Shown here: positions 47,781-56,279 of the stretch, piece after piece
Layout of the letters: the number at the start of each line of letters is the position of its first letter
Position numbering within the stretch: the first letter of the stretch is position 1
Assembly: GCA_037142615.1 (NCBI GenBank)
Contig: JBAXAI010000007.1
Coordinates: 32,001-96,000 of the forward strand
DNA from: Spirochaetales bacterium
Lineage (GTDB): Bacteria; Spirochaetota; Spirochaetia; JABEVK01
Direction: 5' to 3'
Length of the DNA stretch: 64,000 nt
Program-made: the position numbers and the translations under genes
Notes under the pieces: model-generated
What the model saw: the letters and a program-made list of their open reading frames with translations, nothing else
What the model was told of the DNA's origin: nothing
Databases searched by the model: none

Positions 47781-48314
47781 ATGACAGCACTGATGGAGAG
47801 GCAGGCCGTGAGCCTGCCTTCCTTTATTTATGGTGAGCCACCGGAAGCCACCGAGGACCACTTTATTGTCGATGACGAGCGAAAGGCGTCCTGGGCGGCG
47901 AACAAGGTTCTGACGATCCGGCGGCGAATGGAGGCCCGTTCGAAACTGGCTGAGTCGTACCAGATGAGGATTCTCGACTGGTTGCAGCAAACCAACGCCA
48001 CCGACGAGAAATCGGCCGAGTTTCTGGAAGGCTCGCTTCGCCCGTGGGTGGAGAAGGAAGTCGCGCAGCTGGGGAAAACTCGCCACATAAGCCTTCCCGG
48101 AGCCCGGGTGGGACTGCGGAAAAATCCAGCCAAAGTCGCCATAGTCGACCAGGTTCAGGCTCTCGGCTTCTGCATCGAAAACCTCGAAGAAGCCGTGGTA
48201 GTCAAACGCGAGCTGAGTAAGGCCGAGCTGAAAAAGCACCTGATCCAGGGTGCCAGAATTCCGGGGGCCGAGTTGGTTCCTGGGCAAGACGAACTGACCG
48301 TCACCGCCGAGTGA
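47781..48314 (+). CDS. Gam-like (Mu Gam/Gp157-type) host-nuclease inhibitor
   Basis: Helical N-terminus (F.VDD..KA.WA), SLPGARVGLRK, ELSKAELKK...IPGAEL. Adjacent to bet. Confidence 0.65.
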   Translation: MTALMERQAVSLPSFIYGEPPEATEDHFIVDDERKASWAANKVLTIRRRMEARSKLAESYQMRILDWLQQTNATDEKSAEFLEGSLRPWVEKEVAQLGKTRHISLPGARVGLRKNPAKVAIVDQVQALGFCIENLEEAVVVKRELSKAELKKHLIQGARIPGAELVPGQDELTVTAE

Positions 48315-48327
48315 CAAGGAGATTCAA

Positions 48328-48624
48328 GTGTATGACCTAAATAGTGTACTAGTTGAAGGACGCATCGAAAACATTAAGGCCAAGAAGGACCACACCGGCT
48401 TCTGGGTGGAAATCCGCAACCGACGCCCGAAGCAGATGGAAGACGAATCCATGTCGCACCGGTTCCGCATCGAAGTCGGGTCAAACCTTCGCGGCTGCCC
48501 GCCGGAACGCTTCCATGTCGGGCGTTCGGTCCGTGTGGTTGGCCACCTGAGACGGGAATCTCGGCTTGGCCCCTTTGTCAAAGCCGAGTGCGTCGAGTTC
48601 AAAGGCCCTGAGGTGTTGGTTTGA
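48328..48624 (+). CDS. SSB-like OB-fold protein
   Basis: LNSVLVEGRI, GRSVRVVGHL, AECVEFK pattern of short SSBs. AAGGAG RBS. Confidence 0.6.
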   Translation: MYDLNSVLVEGRIENIKAKKDHTGFWVEIRNRRPKQMEDESMSHRFRIEVGSNLRGCPPERFHVGRSVRVVGHLRRESRLGPFVKAECVEFKGPEVLV

Positions 48625-48740
48625 AACCTGAACCGCCCCAGTTGCCCGATCCCGTCGTCTGGGTGGTGGTCGCAGCCGTCGGCTCGGCCGTTTCCTGGCT
48701 GTTGGACAAGTTCTTCGGAGAGGAAGAAGGCAGGAACTAG
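48621..48740 (+). CDS. Putative 39-aa membrane peptide
   Basis: TTGA overlap with the SSB-like stop, GAGGTG RBS, hydrophobic VVWVVVAAVGSAVSWLL. Ends just before the terminator. Confidence 0.4.
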   Translation: MKPEPPQLPDPVVWVVVAAVGSAVSWLLDKFFGEEEGRN

Positions 48741-48744
48741 AGAA

Positions 48745-48768
48745 GCCTCCTCGCTTCGGCGAGGAGGC
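48745..48768. terminator. Intrinsic terminator between convergent genes
   Basis: GCCTCCTCGC-TTCG-GCGAGGAGGC. Confidence 0.75.
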
Positions 48769-49113
48769 CTATTTTGCCGACTTCTTGGCGTGGGCTTGCC
48801 GGTACTCATCAGTGAACTGACGAACTTTGGCAGCAAGCTGATCGAGAAAGTCCTCGGAAACGGCGGCCGAAACGAGTTCCTCCCGCTGTGAATCGACGAG
48901 GGGATCAAGAAACAGTTCGTAGGGACGAATACCAAGTCCAAGCGCCAGATCGGAGAGCTTCTGTTCCGAAGGGAACTTTTTGCCGGATTCCAGCAGGTTC
49001 AAGTAAGGCGTGGAAAGACCAACCTTCGCCGCCAGAGCTTCCTGGGTAATTCCCAAGGCTCGGCGAAAAGCCTTGATGTTGGCACCCAATAGTCTCGAAA
49101 GATCCGTTGCCAT
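48769..49113 (-). CDS. XRE-family HTH regulator
   Basis: NIKAFRRALGITQEALAAKVGLSTPYLNLLESGKKFPS. Confidence 0.85.
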   Translation of the reverse strand: MATDLSRLLGANIKAFRRALGITQEALAAKVGLSTPYLNLLESGKKFPSEQKLSDLALGLGIRPYELFLDPLVDSQREELVSAAVSEDFLDQLAAKVRQFTDEYRQAHAKKSAK

Positions 49114-49161
49114 GGGCGCCTCCTGTGACGCCATGATCCGATGGACAGGTTATTCGTTCAA

Positions 49162-49176
49162 TTATCCATTGGATAA
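49162..49176. promoter_or_regulatory. Palindromic operator candidate in the XRE/lipoprotein divergent region
   Basis: TTATCCA-T-TGGATAA. Confidence 0.45.
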
Positions 49177-49317
49177 CCTATTTACCATTGGAAATCTTTC
49201 CACTATTCTCTCTTGACCACATTCGTTTCCGCCAGGCGGATGACGAAGGGTCGCTTCACTTCCAATCCATGTTCGGATTGGTTCAATCAGAGCTTCCACG
49301 GGAAGCAAGGAGTATTC

Positions 49318-50385
49318 ATGAAGACTTTCGCCCTCGGGCTTCTCGCAATTCTCGCAACCCTGACGCTGAGTGGATGTGGAGGTAAGGCGGTGACCTTTGA
49401 TGTCGCACCTCTCGACGTTCTGGTCTTTCCCTCTGTTGGAGAAGGCGTTGTCACTTACAAGGGTACACAGGTCTATCTACCGGCTGTTGAGAACACCTAC
49501 CTACAGAAGGTGGCGAGTGTCGTGGTCCCGGCCTTCAACGACCGGAGGAAACTTTCCGTCGACGAAGTCACCAGCCTTGGCAAGGCACTTGAAGAATACC
49601 AGGCTGAGGTCACTGCGAACTCGAACAAAATCATCGGCGAACTGGCTGCGTTCTACGTTGGGTATGCCAACACCGACGCCGCTATCGATGCCCACATGAA
49701 GCAGGTGAATTATTTGCAGGCTGGGTTGAACGCGCTCAAATTGACCAAGACGCGAAAGGATTTTCAGTCGGACCGAGACTTCAACTTCTACCTCGGGACT
49801 CTTTTCACTCCCCAGGACTATGGAAGCGACCATACGGCCAACTATGAGGCTCGGTATCTCCTCGGGTACGCGAATCAGGTCCTCAAGATGGATATCAAGC
49901 ATCCCGACATGTCCGAGTGGCCGATCACCTACCTGAAAGGCTTCGAAATCCGCAACGACAAACACAAAGACGAGCGGTCTTCAAAACCAGTCCAGACGGT
50001 GACTTTGGCGATGCCGACGCCGGTTTGGCAGGCAATTCACGCGGTTGCAGTCAAGCTAGTCGCCCTCGGTGAGAATGGACTGACAGAAGAAAACTACGCC
50101 TCACCGTCCCTGAACCGCGGCGAGATTGTCGATTCCGTTTCAAGACTTGCTGACGATGCAAGACGAGTCCTCACGGACATGGGGTATACCATGACCGATG
50201 GCCAGGCCTACAACGCGGCCGTGAACATTTGGTCCTACCCGGAACTATCGGATCCGTCGGTCCTCTACATGTATGGCGATTCTGAGCAATTTCTTGCTCA
50301 ATTCATGCCTGTCGCAAATCAGCCATTCTTCGACGCGACCCAGAATGACATGTGGTATTCCGCCGCCCAGTTTGCAAAGTACTGA
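49318..50385 (+). CDS. Hypothetical lipoprotein
   Basis: MKTFALGLLAILATLTLSG-C lipobox after AAGGAG. Confidence 0.75.
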   Translation: MKTFALGLLAILATLTLSGCGGKAVTFDVAPLDVLVFPSVGEGVVTYKGTQVYLPAVENTYLQKVASVVVPAFNDRRKLSVDEVTSLGKALEEYQAEVTANSNKIIGELAAFYVGYANTDAAIDAHMKQVNYLQAGLNALKLTKTRKDFQSDRDFNFYLGTLFTPQDYGSDHTANYEARYLLGYANQVLKMDIKHPDMSEWPITYLKGFEIRNDKHKDERSSKPVQTVTLAMPTPVWQAIHAVAVKLVALGENGLTEENYASPSLNRGEIVDSVSRLADDARRVLTDMGYTMTDGQAYNAAVNIWSYPELSDPSVLYMYGDSEQFLAQFMPVANQPFFDATQNDMWYSAAQFAKY

Positions 50386-50417
50386 AGATCACTAGCTGGC
50401 AAACTACCGTTCGCGAC

Positions 50418-50444
50418 AGAGCCCCTCACGGGGTTCTTTTTTTT
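50418..50444 (+). terminator. Intrinsic terminator
   Basis: AGAGCCCC-tcac-GGGGTTCT followed by a T-run. Confidence 0.75.
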
Positions 50445-50529
50445 CAAGAGGGGGCGGGTCCAATGCCCGCCCCCTCAAATCCAACCCTAGACCGTCAAAT
50501 AGCGACCGAAGTGGAAATCCAGTTTCGGC

Positions 50530-50958
50530 TTAGTTCGTGTCGAGCACTTCAGCACCAAAGGCGGTAAAGATCACGTCCGAGAATATGAAGTCGTCATCAG
50601 ACAAATCATCCGTCTGTTCAGCCCAGAGCTGTTGGATTGCACTTTGAAGCAGTCCATACGAATCGATTGGCACACCCAAGTGCGGGCCGCCCGGTTCACG
50701 GCTTGCTTCTTTGCGATGCCGTGAGATTGTTCCTTGTAGGTTGAAAATGTAGATATCGATCAGAAGAAAAATCAGCGCTTCTTGGGATTTGAGTTGCCAG
50801 AGTGCTTCAGGGGCGACGCCCATCGCCTTTGGTGGTCCATGCTCGATAACGAAGGCGTAGGTGGTCTCAAGCTTCTTTCGAACCTTTGCTACCTGGCCAA
50901 GGAAATACTGGTCGCGATGAAAGTCGTGAAAGAGTTCGAACTTTTCCCTACTGTCCAT
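50530..50958 (-). CDS. Hypothetical protein (142 aa)
   Basis: AAGGAGG RBS before MDSREK. Overlaps the upstream stop. Confidence 0.6.
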   Translation of the reverse strand: MDSREKFELFHDFHRDQYFLGQVAKVRKKLETTYAFVIEHGPPKAMGVAPEALWQLKSQEALIFLLIDIYIFNLQGTISRHRKEASREPGGPHLGVPIDSYGLLQSAIQQLWAEQTDDLSDDDFIFSDVIFTAFGAEVLDTN

Positions 50959-51850
50959 AACGTCCTCCTTCCAAGGCAGTCGATGGCTTACGAACACCGA
51001 CTGCAGCCAGGTGTGGGACACCAGCGTCACGAAGGATACGAGCGAGCATAGGATGCGTGGAGTCGAGCAAGTCATAGTCGACCGCAAAAGTTCCTGGCGG
51101 CACTTGCCGTCGAATCGCGGCAGAGATTCGCGAGCGGTTTTTTTGGGTCCACAGTGTGAACGGGAGAAATAGATCAAGAAGGGAGAACGTCTTGAGGCGA
51201 GTTCGGTCAAGGCGGATCTCGAACCGTTGCATCGCACCGGTACCGAGCTTTTTCCCCCGAGCATACTCGACGAGTATGCTGTCAGTCCGCGACTTCGACT
51301 CCCGCCTTTCCCCCCACGATGTCTTGACGATTCGGTACCGTCGGCTCACCGGAGGCAAGTATACAGTGCCGTGGCAGTTGTAGGCCAAATCACGATCGAG
51401 TACCCGCACCAACTTTCGCTCCGAAGGAGTGTCGAAGGGGATTTCGATTCGAAAAAGCTTGAAGCTGTTGTTGTCCAGGAAGCTGAGGAAGGCAATTGCA
51501 GAAAGCGGATTGGTCCAATCCCAAGCTGGATGGAGCATGAGGACCAGTTGTTGGGCAACGTGTGTCACGAATAGGCCATCCATCGCCGCCAACGCCCAGG
51601 CAATTGCGACCTGCGGCAGGATCGGAAGAAGAGGATGAAAGAACTCAAGATGAACCGCAAGCTTTCGGCTCTCGCCCGCTTCGGTGACAGTAAGGAGTGC
51701 AGCGCGCTGGTATCGAGCTGCGACGTCTGCATTGAATACCGTGGCCTTGGTGATGAAGACAAACTGGTCCGGTACTGTGCCGTCCGCAGGTCGACTGGAT
51801 TGGATGAACCCCTCGGGTGCCAGAAAGGGGGTACTTGGAGTTGTGGACAT
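50948..51850 (-). CDS. Hypothetical protein, possible Rep_trans-like replication initiator/relaxase
   Basis: ILVEYARGKK...QRFEIRL resembles the Y.K...R.E.R motif of Rep_trans proteins. Located in the int-xis operon. Confidence 0.4.
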   Translation of the reverse strand: MSTTPSTPFLAPEGFIQSSRPADGTVPDQFVFITKATVFNADVAARYQRAALLTVTEAGESRKLAVHLEFFHPLLPILPQVAIAWALAAMDGLFVTHVAQQLVLMLHPAWDWTNPLSAIAFLSFLDNNSFKLFRIEIPFDTPSERKLVRVLDRDLAYNCHGTVYLPPVSRRYRIVKTSWGERRESKSRTDSILVEYARGKKLGTGAMQRFEIRLDRTRLKTFSLLDLFLPFTLWTQKNRSRISAAIRRQVPPGTFAVDYDLLDSTHPMLARILRDAGVPHLAAVGVRKPSTALEGGRYGQ

Positions 51851-52383
51851 TAGGAAGCCCCCCGCGAAGCACCAGATCCTGGGGATTTCTGTGCAAGAAA
51901 GGCCGCCCTTGCAGGGGCGGACAGAAGGTTTCTCGAAAAGAGAACCTCAATGATTTGATTGAGAAAGTTGGTTTGATCCGAGTCGAGCAGAATGGTATGG
52001 TTCCCGGAAGGAACTCCGTTTTGCAGGAAGAAGACCAGCGCCTCGCTGGCATCGGTCAAAGAGTTCGCGGACTTTCCGAAAGAGGCATCGCGTTTGGCAA
52101 TGAGAGCGGCTCGGTAGGCTGTGGCCATCGTCGTCTTGCCGGCACGGAGCATGTCCAGTACTTTGATAGGAGCATGTCGACGAATGGATCGGCAACGCTC
52201 GATTGTTCGGGCTGAGCACCCGATTTGCGGCGCAACTGCGGCTGAGGAGCGTCCGGAGGGCGCCAGGGAAGTGCCTTCGCCAGGCTTTTTGCCAAGCTCG
52301 GGGCCGCGCGAATACGTGAAGTCAATGGACTCCACGGCGCGAAAAATGAGACCGTCGCGTCGCGCTCGGTCTTTTTCGGTCAT
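51850..52383 (-). CDS. HTH-containing hypothetical protein (ParB C-terminal-like HTH)
   Basis: SAAVAPQIGCSARTIER...LRAGKTTMATAY. Start overlaps the xis stop. Confidence 0.5.
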   Translation of the reverse strand: MTEKDRARRDGLIFRAVESIDFTYSRGPELGKKPGEGTSLAPSGRSSAAVAPQIGCSARTIERCRSIRRHAPIKVLDMLRAGKTTMATAYRAALIAKRDASFGKSANSLTDASEALVFFLQNGVPSGNHTILLDSDQTNFLNQIIEVLFSRNLLSAPARAAFLAQKSPGSGASRGAS

Positions 52384-52616
52384 CACAGAATGACCTCGTT
52401 CGAAGTAGTTTCGAATGCCGCTGCCGATCGGTTCTGATACACGAATCGCTTGAGATCCGACAGTCGAAAATAGAGAGTACGCCCCGTGGGCTTGAAGAAC
52501 GCAATCCGCCCTGTCGAGGTGTAACGGTACAAAGTAGCGGCTGCGACTCGAAGAAATCTGCAGGCCTCTGGAAAAGTGAGTGGCTTGTCGTCGTCTGACG
52601 CACTTGGTTCCAACAT
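52383..52616 (-). CDS. Excisionase-like HTH_17 protein
   Basis: LTFPEACRFLRVAAATLYRYTSTGRIAFFKPTGRTLYF. AGGAGG RBS. Confidence 0.85.
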   Translation of the reverse strand: MLEPSASDDDKPLTFPEACRFLRVAAATLYRYTSTGRIAFFKPTGRTLYFRLSDLKRFVYQNRSAAAFETTSNEVIL

Positions 52617-52667
52617 GGGAAACCTCCTGCAAACGAAGGTACCCTGCTTCAACGAAAGAGCATATTT

Positions 52668-52686
52668 GGGTAAAGTTTACCCCCAA
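52668..52686. repeat. 19-bp palindromic repeat, copy 2
   Basis: GGGTAAAGTTTACCCCCAA between the integrase stop and xis. Confidence 0.85.
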
Positions 52687-52688
52687 AT

Positions 52689-53870
52689 CTATTTGGCTTG
52701 CATGGCACCGAGCGCAGCGAACACCTTGTCCTGTGCCGTTCGTACCTCGACCAAATGCTCCTCAAGCTGGTGGCTGTAGTTCTGAGTCATGGCTTCCGTC
52801 TGGTGGCCCGTCGTGGATCTGAGTGCAACGTCTGAGGCTTTGCCGCGGATCATCGTATTGTACCAGTGCCTCCAGGAATGAAAGTCGACGCCGCGGTCGA
52901 CCCGTTCCTTTTTGCTCATCATCCCGGCCTTTTCCAAAGCCTCCGAGATCGACTGGCTGGTGATGTAGAACGGCAGTTCACCAAAGACAAAGTCATCAGG
53001 TTTCTTGTCCTTGCAGAGCGTGGCAAGCGCAGTTGCCGTTGCCTTGGGTAGCGGGATGAATCGAAATCCGCGCTCGCCGGTCTTGGTGTCCTCGGCAAAG
53101 CCAACCTTGGCACGCTTGACGCCGCGAATCTCGATGCGGTCGTCGTGGACGTATTTCACCTTGAGGCCGAGAAGTTCGCCAGCCCTGGCCCCGGTGGTGG
53201 CAGCGGTCAAGTTGAGGGCCCATAGAACCGGAGTCTCGAAATGGGCCGGGTTGGCCAGAAGTTGAAAGGCCTCTTTGGGCGTCAGCATGCCCCTCGCCGT
53301 CTTCTTCAGCTGAACAGCCTGGACCTTTTCGAACGGACTCGAGTCGAGGTCACCCAGCCGTACTGCTTCAGCATAGACAGCCTTCATGGCCAGAATGATT
53401 TGGTTCGTCATCTTCGTCGACAGTGGCTTGGTACCGTCTGAGGGATCACCTTTGGACTTGAGGGTGATCAGGGCTTCAATGTCGCGAACAGTGAGCTCGT
53501 CCAGGCGCTTCTTGCCGTAGACGGGCCACCAGTGCAGTTCTAGGGTTCTGTGGTTGGCGTTGCAGTAAGCGGGAGTGAGCCTTTTTCGGAGCAGGGCACT
53601 CTGAACCCGTGGGCCATCGAACTTCCAGAACTCGGCACTGTAAGACTCGATGGTTGGAACTCGGCTCTTTGTCTCGGGCAGCAATTTGCCCAGTTTGTGA
53701 AGTTCCATCAGGTAGGCGGTGGCTTCGGTCTTGGTTGACTTGCCGGTGGCAATGGTCCGCAATTTGCCTGTCTCGTCCTTAATACGGTACGAGTACATCG
53801 TGATCACCTTGCCCGATTCCAAGGTGATTTTCCTCTTGAGCAGCGAATAGGGAAGTGCTCTTCGACCCAT
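52689..53870 (-). CDS. Tyrosine recombinase/integrase
   Basis: TGARAGELLGL (R), TKT (K), FHSWRH (HxxR), TGH, NYSH (Y). Confidence 0.95.
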   Translation of the reverse strand: MGRRALPYSLLKRKITLESGKVITMYSYRIKDETGKLRTIATGKSTKTEATAYLMELHKLGKLLPETKSRVPTIESYSAEFWKFDGPRVQSALLRKRLTPAYCNANHRTLELHWWPVYGKKRLDELTVRDIEALITLKSKGDPSDGTKPLSTKMTNQIILAMKAVYAEAVRLGDLDSSPFEKVQAVQLKKTARGMLTPKEAFQLLANPAHFETPVLWALNLTAATTGARAGELLGLKVKYVHDDRIEIRGVKRAKVGFAEDTKTGERGFRFIPLPKATATALATLCKDKKPDDFVFGELPFYITSQSISEALEKAGMMSKKERVDRGVDFHSWRHWYNTMIRGKASDVALRSTTGHQTEAMTQNYSHQLEEHLVEVRTAQDKVFAALGAMQAK

Positions 53871-53898
53871 ACCCCAATTCTACTGCGGCTGAATAAAA

Positions 53899-53918
53899 GT
53901 AACAATACAGGTAACAGT
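53899..53918 (+). promoter_or_regulatory. Putative integrase arm-type sites (right end)
   Basis: GTAACAAT-acag-GTAACAGT, 12-bp period. Confidence 0.6.
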
Positions 53919-53920
53919 GC

Positions 53921-53952
53921 AAAGAAAAGGCCCTGCAAATCCTTGCAGGGCC
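53921..53952 (-). terminator. Element-supplied terminator downstream of tRNA-Cys
   Basis: Minus strand GGCCCTGCAAGGATTTGCAGGGCC-TTTTCTTT. Confidence 0.7.
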
Positions 53953-53964
53953 AAGACTTAAGAA

Positions 53965-54036
53965 AGGCACCGAGCGGATTCGAACCGCTGAATGAAGCTT
54001 TTGCAGAGCTCTCCCTTACCACTTGGGTACGGCGCC
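53965..54036 (-). tRNA. tRNA-Cys(GCA)
   Basis: GGCGCCG...anticodon arm GAGCT-CTGCAAA-AGCTT, T-arm GGTTCGAATCC, acceptor CGGTGCC-T. Confidence 0.95.
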
Positions 54037-54274
54037 ATTGGTCGGCACCCGCTTTTCGGACTACTGCGGCGGTTCCGGCCGGCGCCCCCTCCTTCTTCGG
54101 TGCTCACGTACCAGCGTACGCTCCGCTCCTCAGCTCGTCGGGGTCTTGTCCGGATCCGTCCTCGCGACGTCCCAAAACCGGGTGTGGTGTTCAGGCCCTT
54201 TCCAAGGCCGTCTCACCAGCGAAAGTGAATATACAAAAAACCTCGGGGGGTGTCCAGCGGGATTGGGAAAATGC

Positions 54275-54898
54275 CTAGTGGACTTCCTTTTGGGTAGCGA
54301 TGACAAAGGCGATCAGGTCGTCGAGGGCGAGCCCGGCGGACTCGGCTCCTTCGGCGATGTCCTGGCGGTCCACCTGGGCGGCAAAGCCGACGTTCTTCAG
54401 CTTCTTCTTCACGGAGCTGACCTCCATGCCGTTGTAGCCTTCGGGCCGAACAAGGCTGCAAGCATGAACAAAACCGGACAGTTCATCGACGGCAAAGATC
54501 ATTCGGTCGAGGTTGGTCTTGGCGGCGACGCCAAAATGGCGCGGACCGTGCGCAGCGATGCCGTGGATCAACTCGGGGTCATAATGCCCTTCTTCCAAGT
54601 GCGAGATGACCTTTTGAGGGTGAGTTTCGGGCCACTTGTCACAGTCGGCATCGTGCAGCAGGCCCGCCAGGTACCATTTGTCAACTTCGGCAGGTGCCAA
54701 GGAGAGTTTGTCGCGGGCCCAAACCTCGAGCAGGGCGGCCACTTGGCGCATGTGCAGACGCAAGCGGTCGTTGGCCACCCAATTGCCTAGCAGCGCCAAA
54801 GCCTCGGTCCGTGAGGGCAACCGCCCCAGGTCTTCACTCCGGCCAAACTCATCACGGCCAATCAGCAGGGAATCGTCCATCGTTTCCTCCGCTGGCAT
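54275..54898 (-). CDS. HD/HDIG-domain predicted hydrolase
   Basis: LRLHM, AGLLHDAD, AVDELSG, SVKKKLK..FAA.VDR. Confidence 0.8.
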   Translation of the reverse strand: MPAEETMDDSLLIGRDEFGRSEDLGRLPSRTEALALLGNWVANDRLRLHMRQVAALLEVWARDKLSLAPAEVDKWYLAGLLHDADCDKWPETHPQKVISHLEEGHYDPELIHGIAAHGPRHFGVAAKTNLDRMIFAVDELSGFVHACSLVRPEGYNGMEVSSVKKKLKNVGFAAQVDRQDIAEGAESAGLALDDLIAFVIATQKEVH

Positions 54899-54960
54899 TA
54901 TAGCCGACAGCAGGCCGGTGGTTCTTGACCGGTGGGGGAAGCCCGGCTTAGGGTGGTGCG

Positions 54961-55548
54961 ATGAAAGGTTTCCAACGCCACCTGCTGGGCCTCGGTTTCG
55001 GCCTGCTCCTGTTTCCGCTGGGTGCCGAGTCCGTGCCTGTCATCGCCAACCTTCCCAACCAAGGCCTCGAGGTCATCCAGCGCTTTGGTGGACCGGCCAA
55101 GATGGAAGTCAGCTCGGCCATGGAATCTACCGAGCCGGCGCCGCTGCTGATTACCAATCAGGAAGACTTCCTGAACTTTCTCGCCTACCTGCCCACGGCC
55201 GACGTCACGCGCCCGACGAATCCTGGCCCCAGCCGTGACCCGCTTTTGGCAGGGCCGCGCTTCGAATGGAACCGCTACATGCTGCTGGTGGTGTTCGATT
55301 CGCAGTCACTCGCCTTCCCCCCCAACATCAACCGGGTCGAAGTGGCCAAGAGCGGCCTCACCGCCGTTGTGGAATACCCCGATACCTCTAACTTCATCGA
55401 GGCCAAGGCGCCCGAGCTCGGTTCCTACGGCGCGGCTTTGGTGACCCGCAGCAGCCTCGCCCTGCAATGGAGCAACCCGGGCCATCGGACCATCGCCCAG
55501 CACAAGGAGTCGATGATGATGTTCCTGCCGGAAAACCAGAAGAAGTGA
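54961..55548 (+). CDS. Secreted hypothetical protein
   Basis: N-terminal signal peptide. GTGA overlap with the next gene. Confidence 0.6.
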   Translation: MKGFQRHLLGLGFGLLLFPLGAESVPVIANLPNQGLEVIQRFGGPAKMEVSSAMESTEPAPLLITNQEDFLNFLAYLPTADVTRPTNPGPSRDPLLAGPRFEWNRYMLLVVFDSQSLAFPPNINRVEVAKSGLTAVVEYPDTSNFIEAKAPELGSYGAALVTRSSLALQWSNPGHRTIAQHKESMMMFLPENQKK

Positions 55549-56234
55549 GCCTCGCGTTTCGAGCTGGCGTGCTGGCGTTGGCCCTCGTGCTGCTTGTGGG
55601 AGGGCTCACCGGCGAAACGACCTACCTCCCACTCCCCGTGGCTGGAGCCGATGGCTTGGGCTTTGGTCCGGCGACGACCGCACTGGCAGGGGTGTTGGTG
55701 GGTTTCGTGGTTCCCCAGACCGGTCCCCTGACGTCGATGGCAGGGCTGACCGCCACCTTGGGAGCCGACGGCAAACTCTCGGCTTCGCAGGCCGAAGCGT
55801 GGAAAGGGAGCGTTCCGACCAGGCCCGTCCGGGTAGAAAAAGCCGGTTACGCCGTGGCGGGGCTCCGGGTGCTGCTCACGGTGACCGGGAGGACGGTCCG
55901 CACCCGGCAGCTGCAGGTGCTGTGGAAGCCATGGACCGACGGTGCCCTGGCCACGCCAGCCGTCTGGAGCAAGGTTTGGGGCCAAAGTGCTGGTGACAAA
56001 GACATCACCAAGATCGTGGATCTGCGGATTGCCGCCGGCGGCTGGGCTTCGGGCTGGTACGGCACCACCGAGGGCAAAGACCTGGCCCAGTTTTCGCTGG
56101 TTCAGCGTCTGGATGTGGCTCCGGTGACCCAGACGCCGCAGACGGTTCCAGCGTTGTCCCTGGAGGCTCCAGCTTTGGCGAAACCGACGGCTCCCGTGAC
56201 CCCCGAGGTACCAGCTGTCAATCTCAAACGATAG
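55545..56234 (+). CDS. Secreted hypothetical protein (beta-rich)
   Basis: GTG start overlapping the previous stop, signal peptide, Pro-rich tail. Confidence 0.55.
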   Translation: MSLAFRAGVLALALVLLVGGLTGETTYLPLPVAGADGLGFGPATTALAGVLVGFVVPQTGPLTSMAGLTATLGADGKLSASQAEAWKGSVPTRPVRVEKAGYAVAGLRVLLTVTGRTVRTRQLQVLWKPWTDGALATPAVWSKVWGQSAGDKDITKIVDLRIAAGGWASGWYGTTEGKDLAQFSLVQRLDVAPVTQTPQTVPALSLEAPALAKPTAPVTPEVPAVNLKR

Positions 56235-56279
56235 GCAAACGCGCGCCGTTTCCGGTAATCTAGCGCTCTAGAGGTGTTT

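Larger units (their letters stand above)
30573..53986. mobile_element. 23.4-kb tyrosine-integrase element (satellite/IME-like defence island) integrated in tRNA-Cys
   Basis: 22-bp direct repeats, integrase and excisionase next to the tRNA, visibly lower GC than the flanks, no virion or T4SS genes seen. Confidence 0.92.

Noticed and set aside
30573-53986. Intact prophage or conjugative ICE
   Set aside because: No terminase, portal, capsid, tail, lysis or VirB4/VirD4 genes seen.
54040-54225. SRP RNA, 6S RNA or a second tRNA upstream of tRNA-Cys
   Set aside because: No SRP helix-8 motif and no T-arm; the 6S pattern is not convincing by eye. Kept only as an unassigned structured leader.
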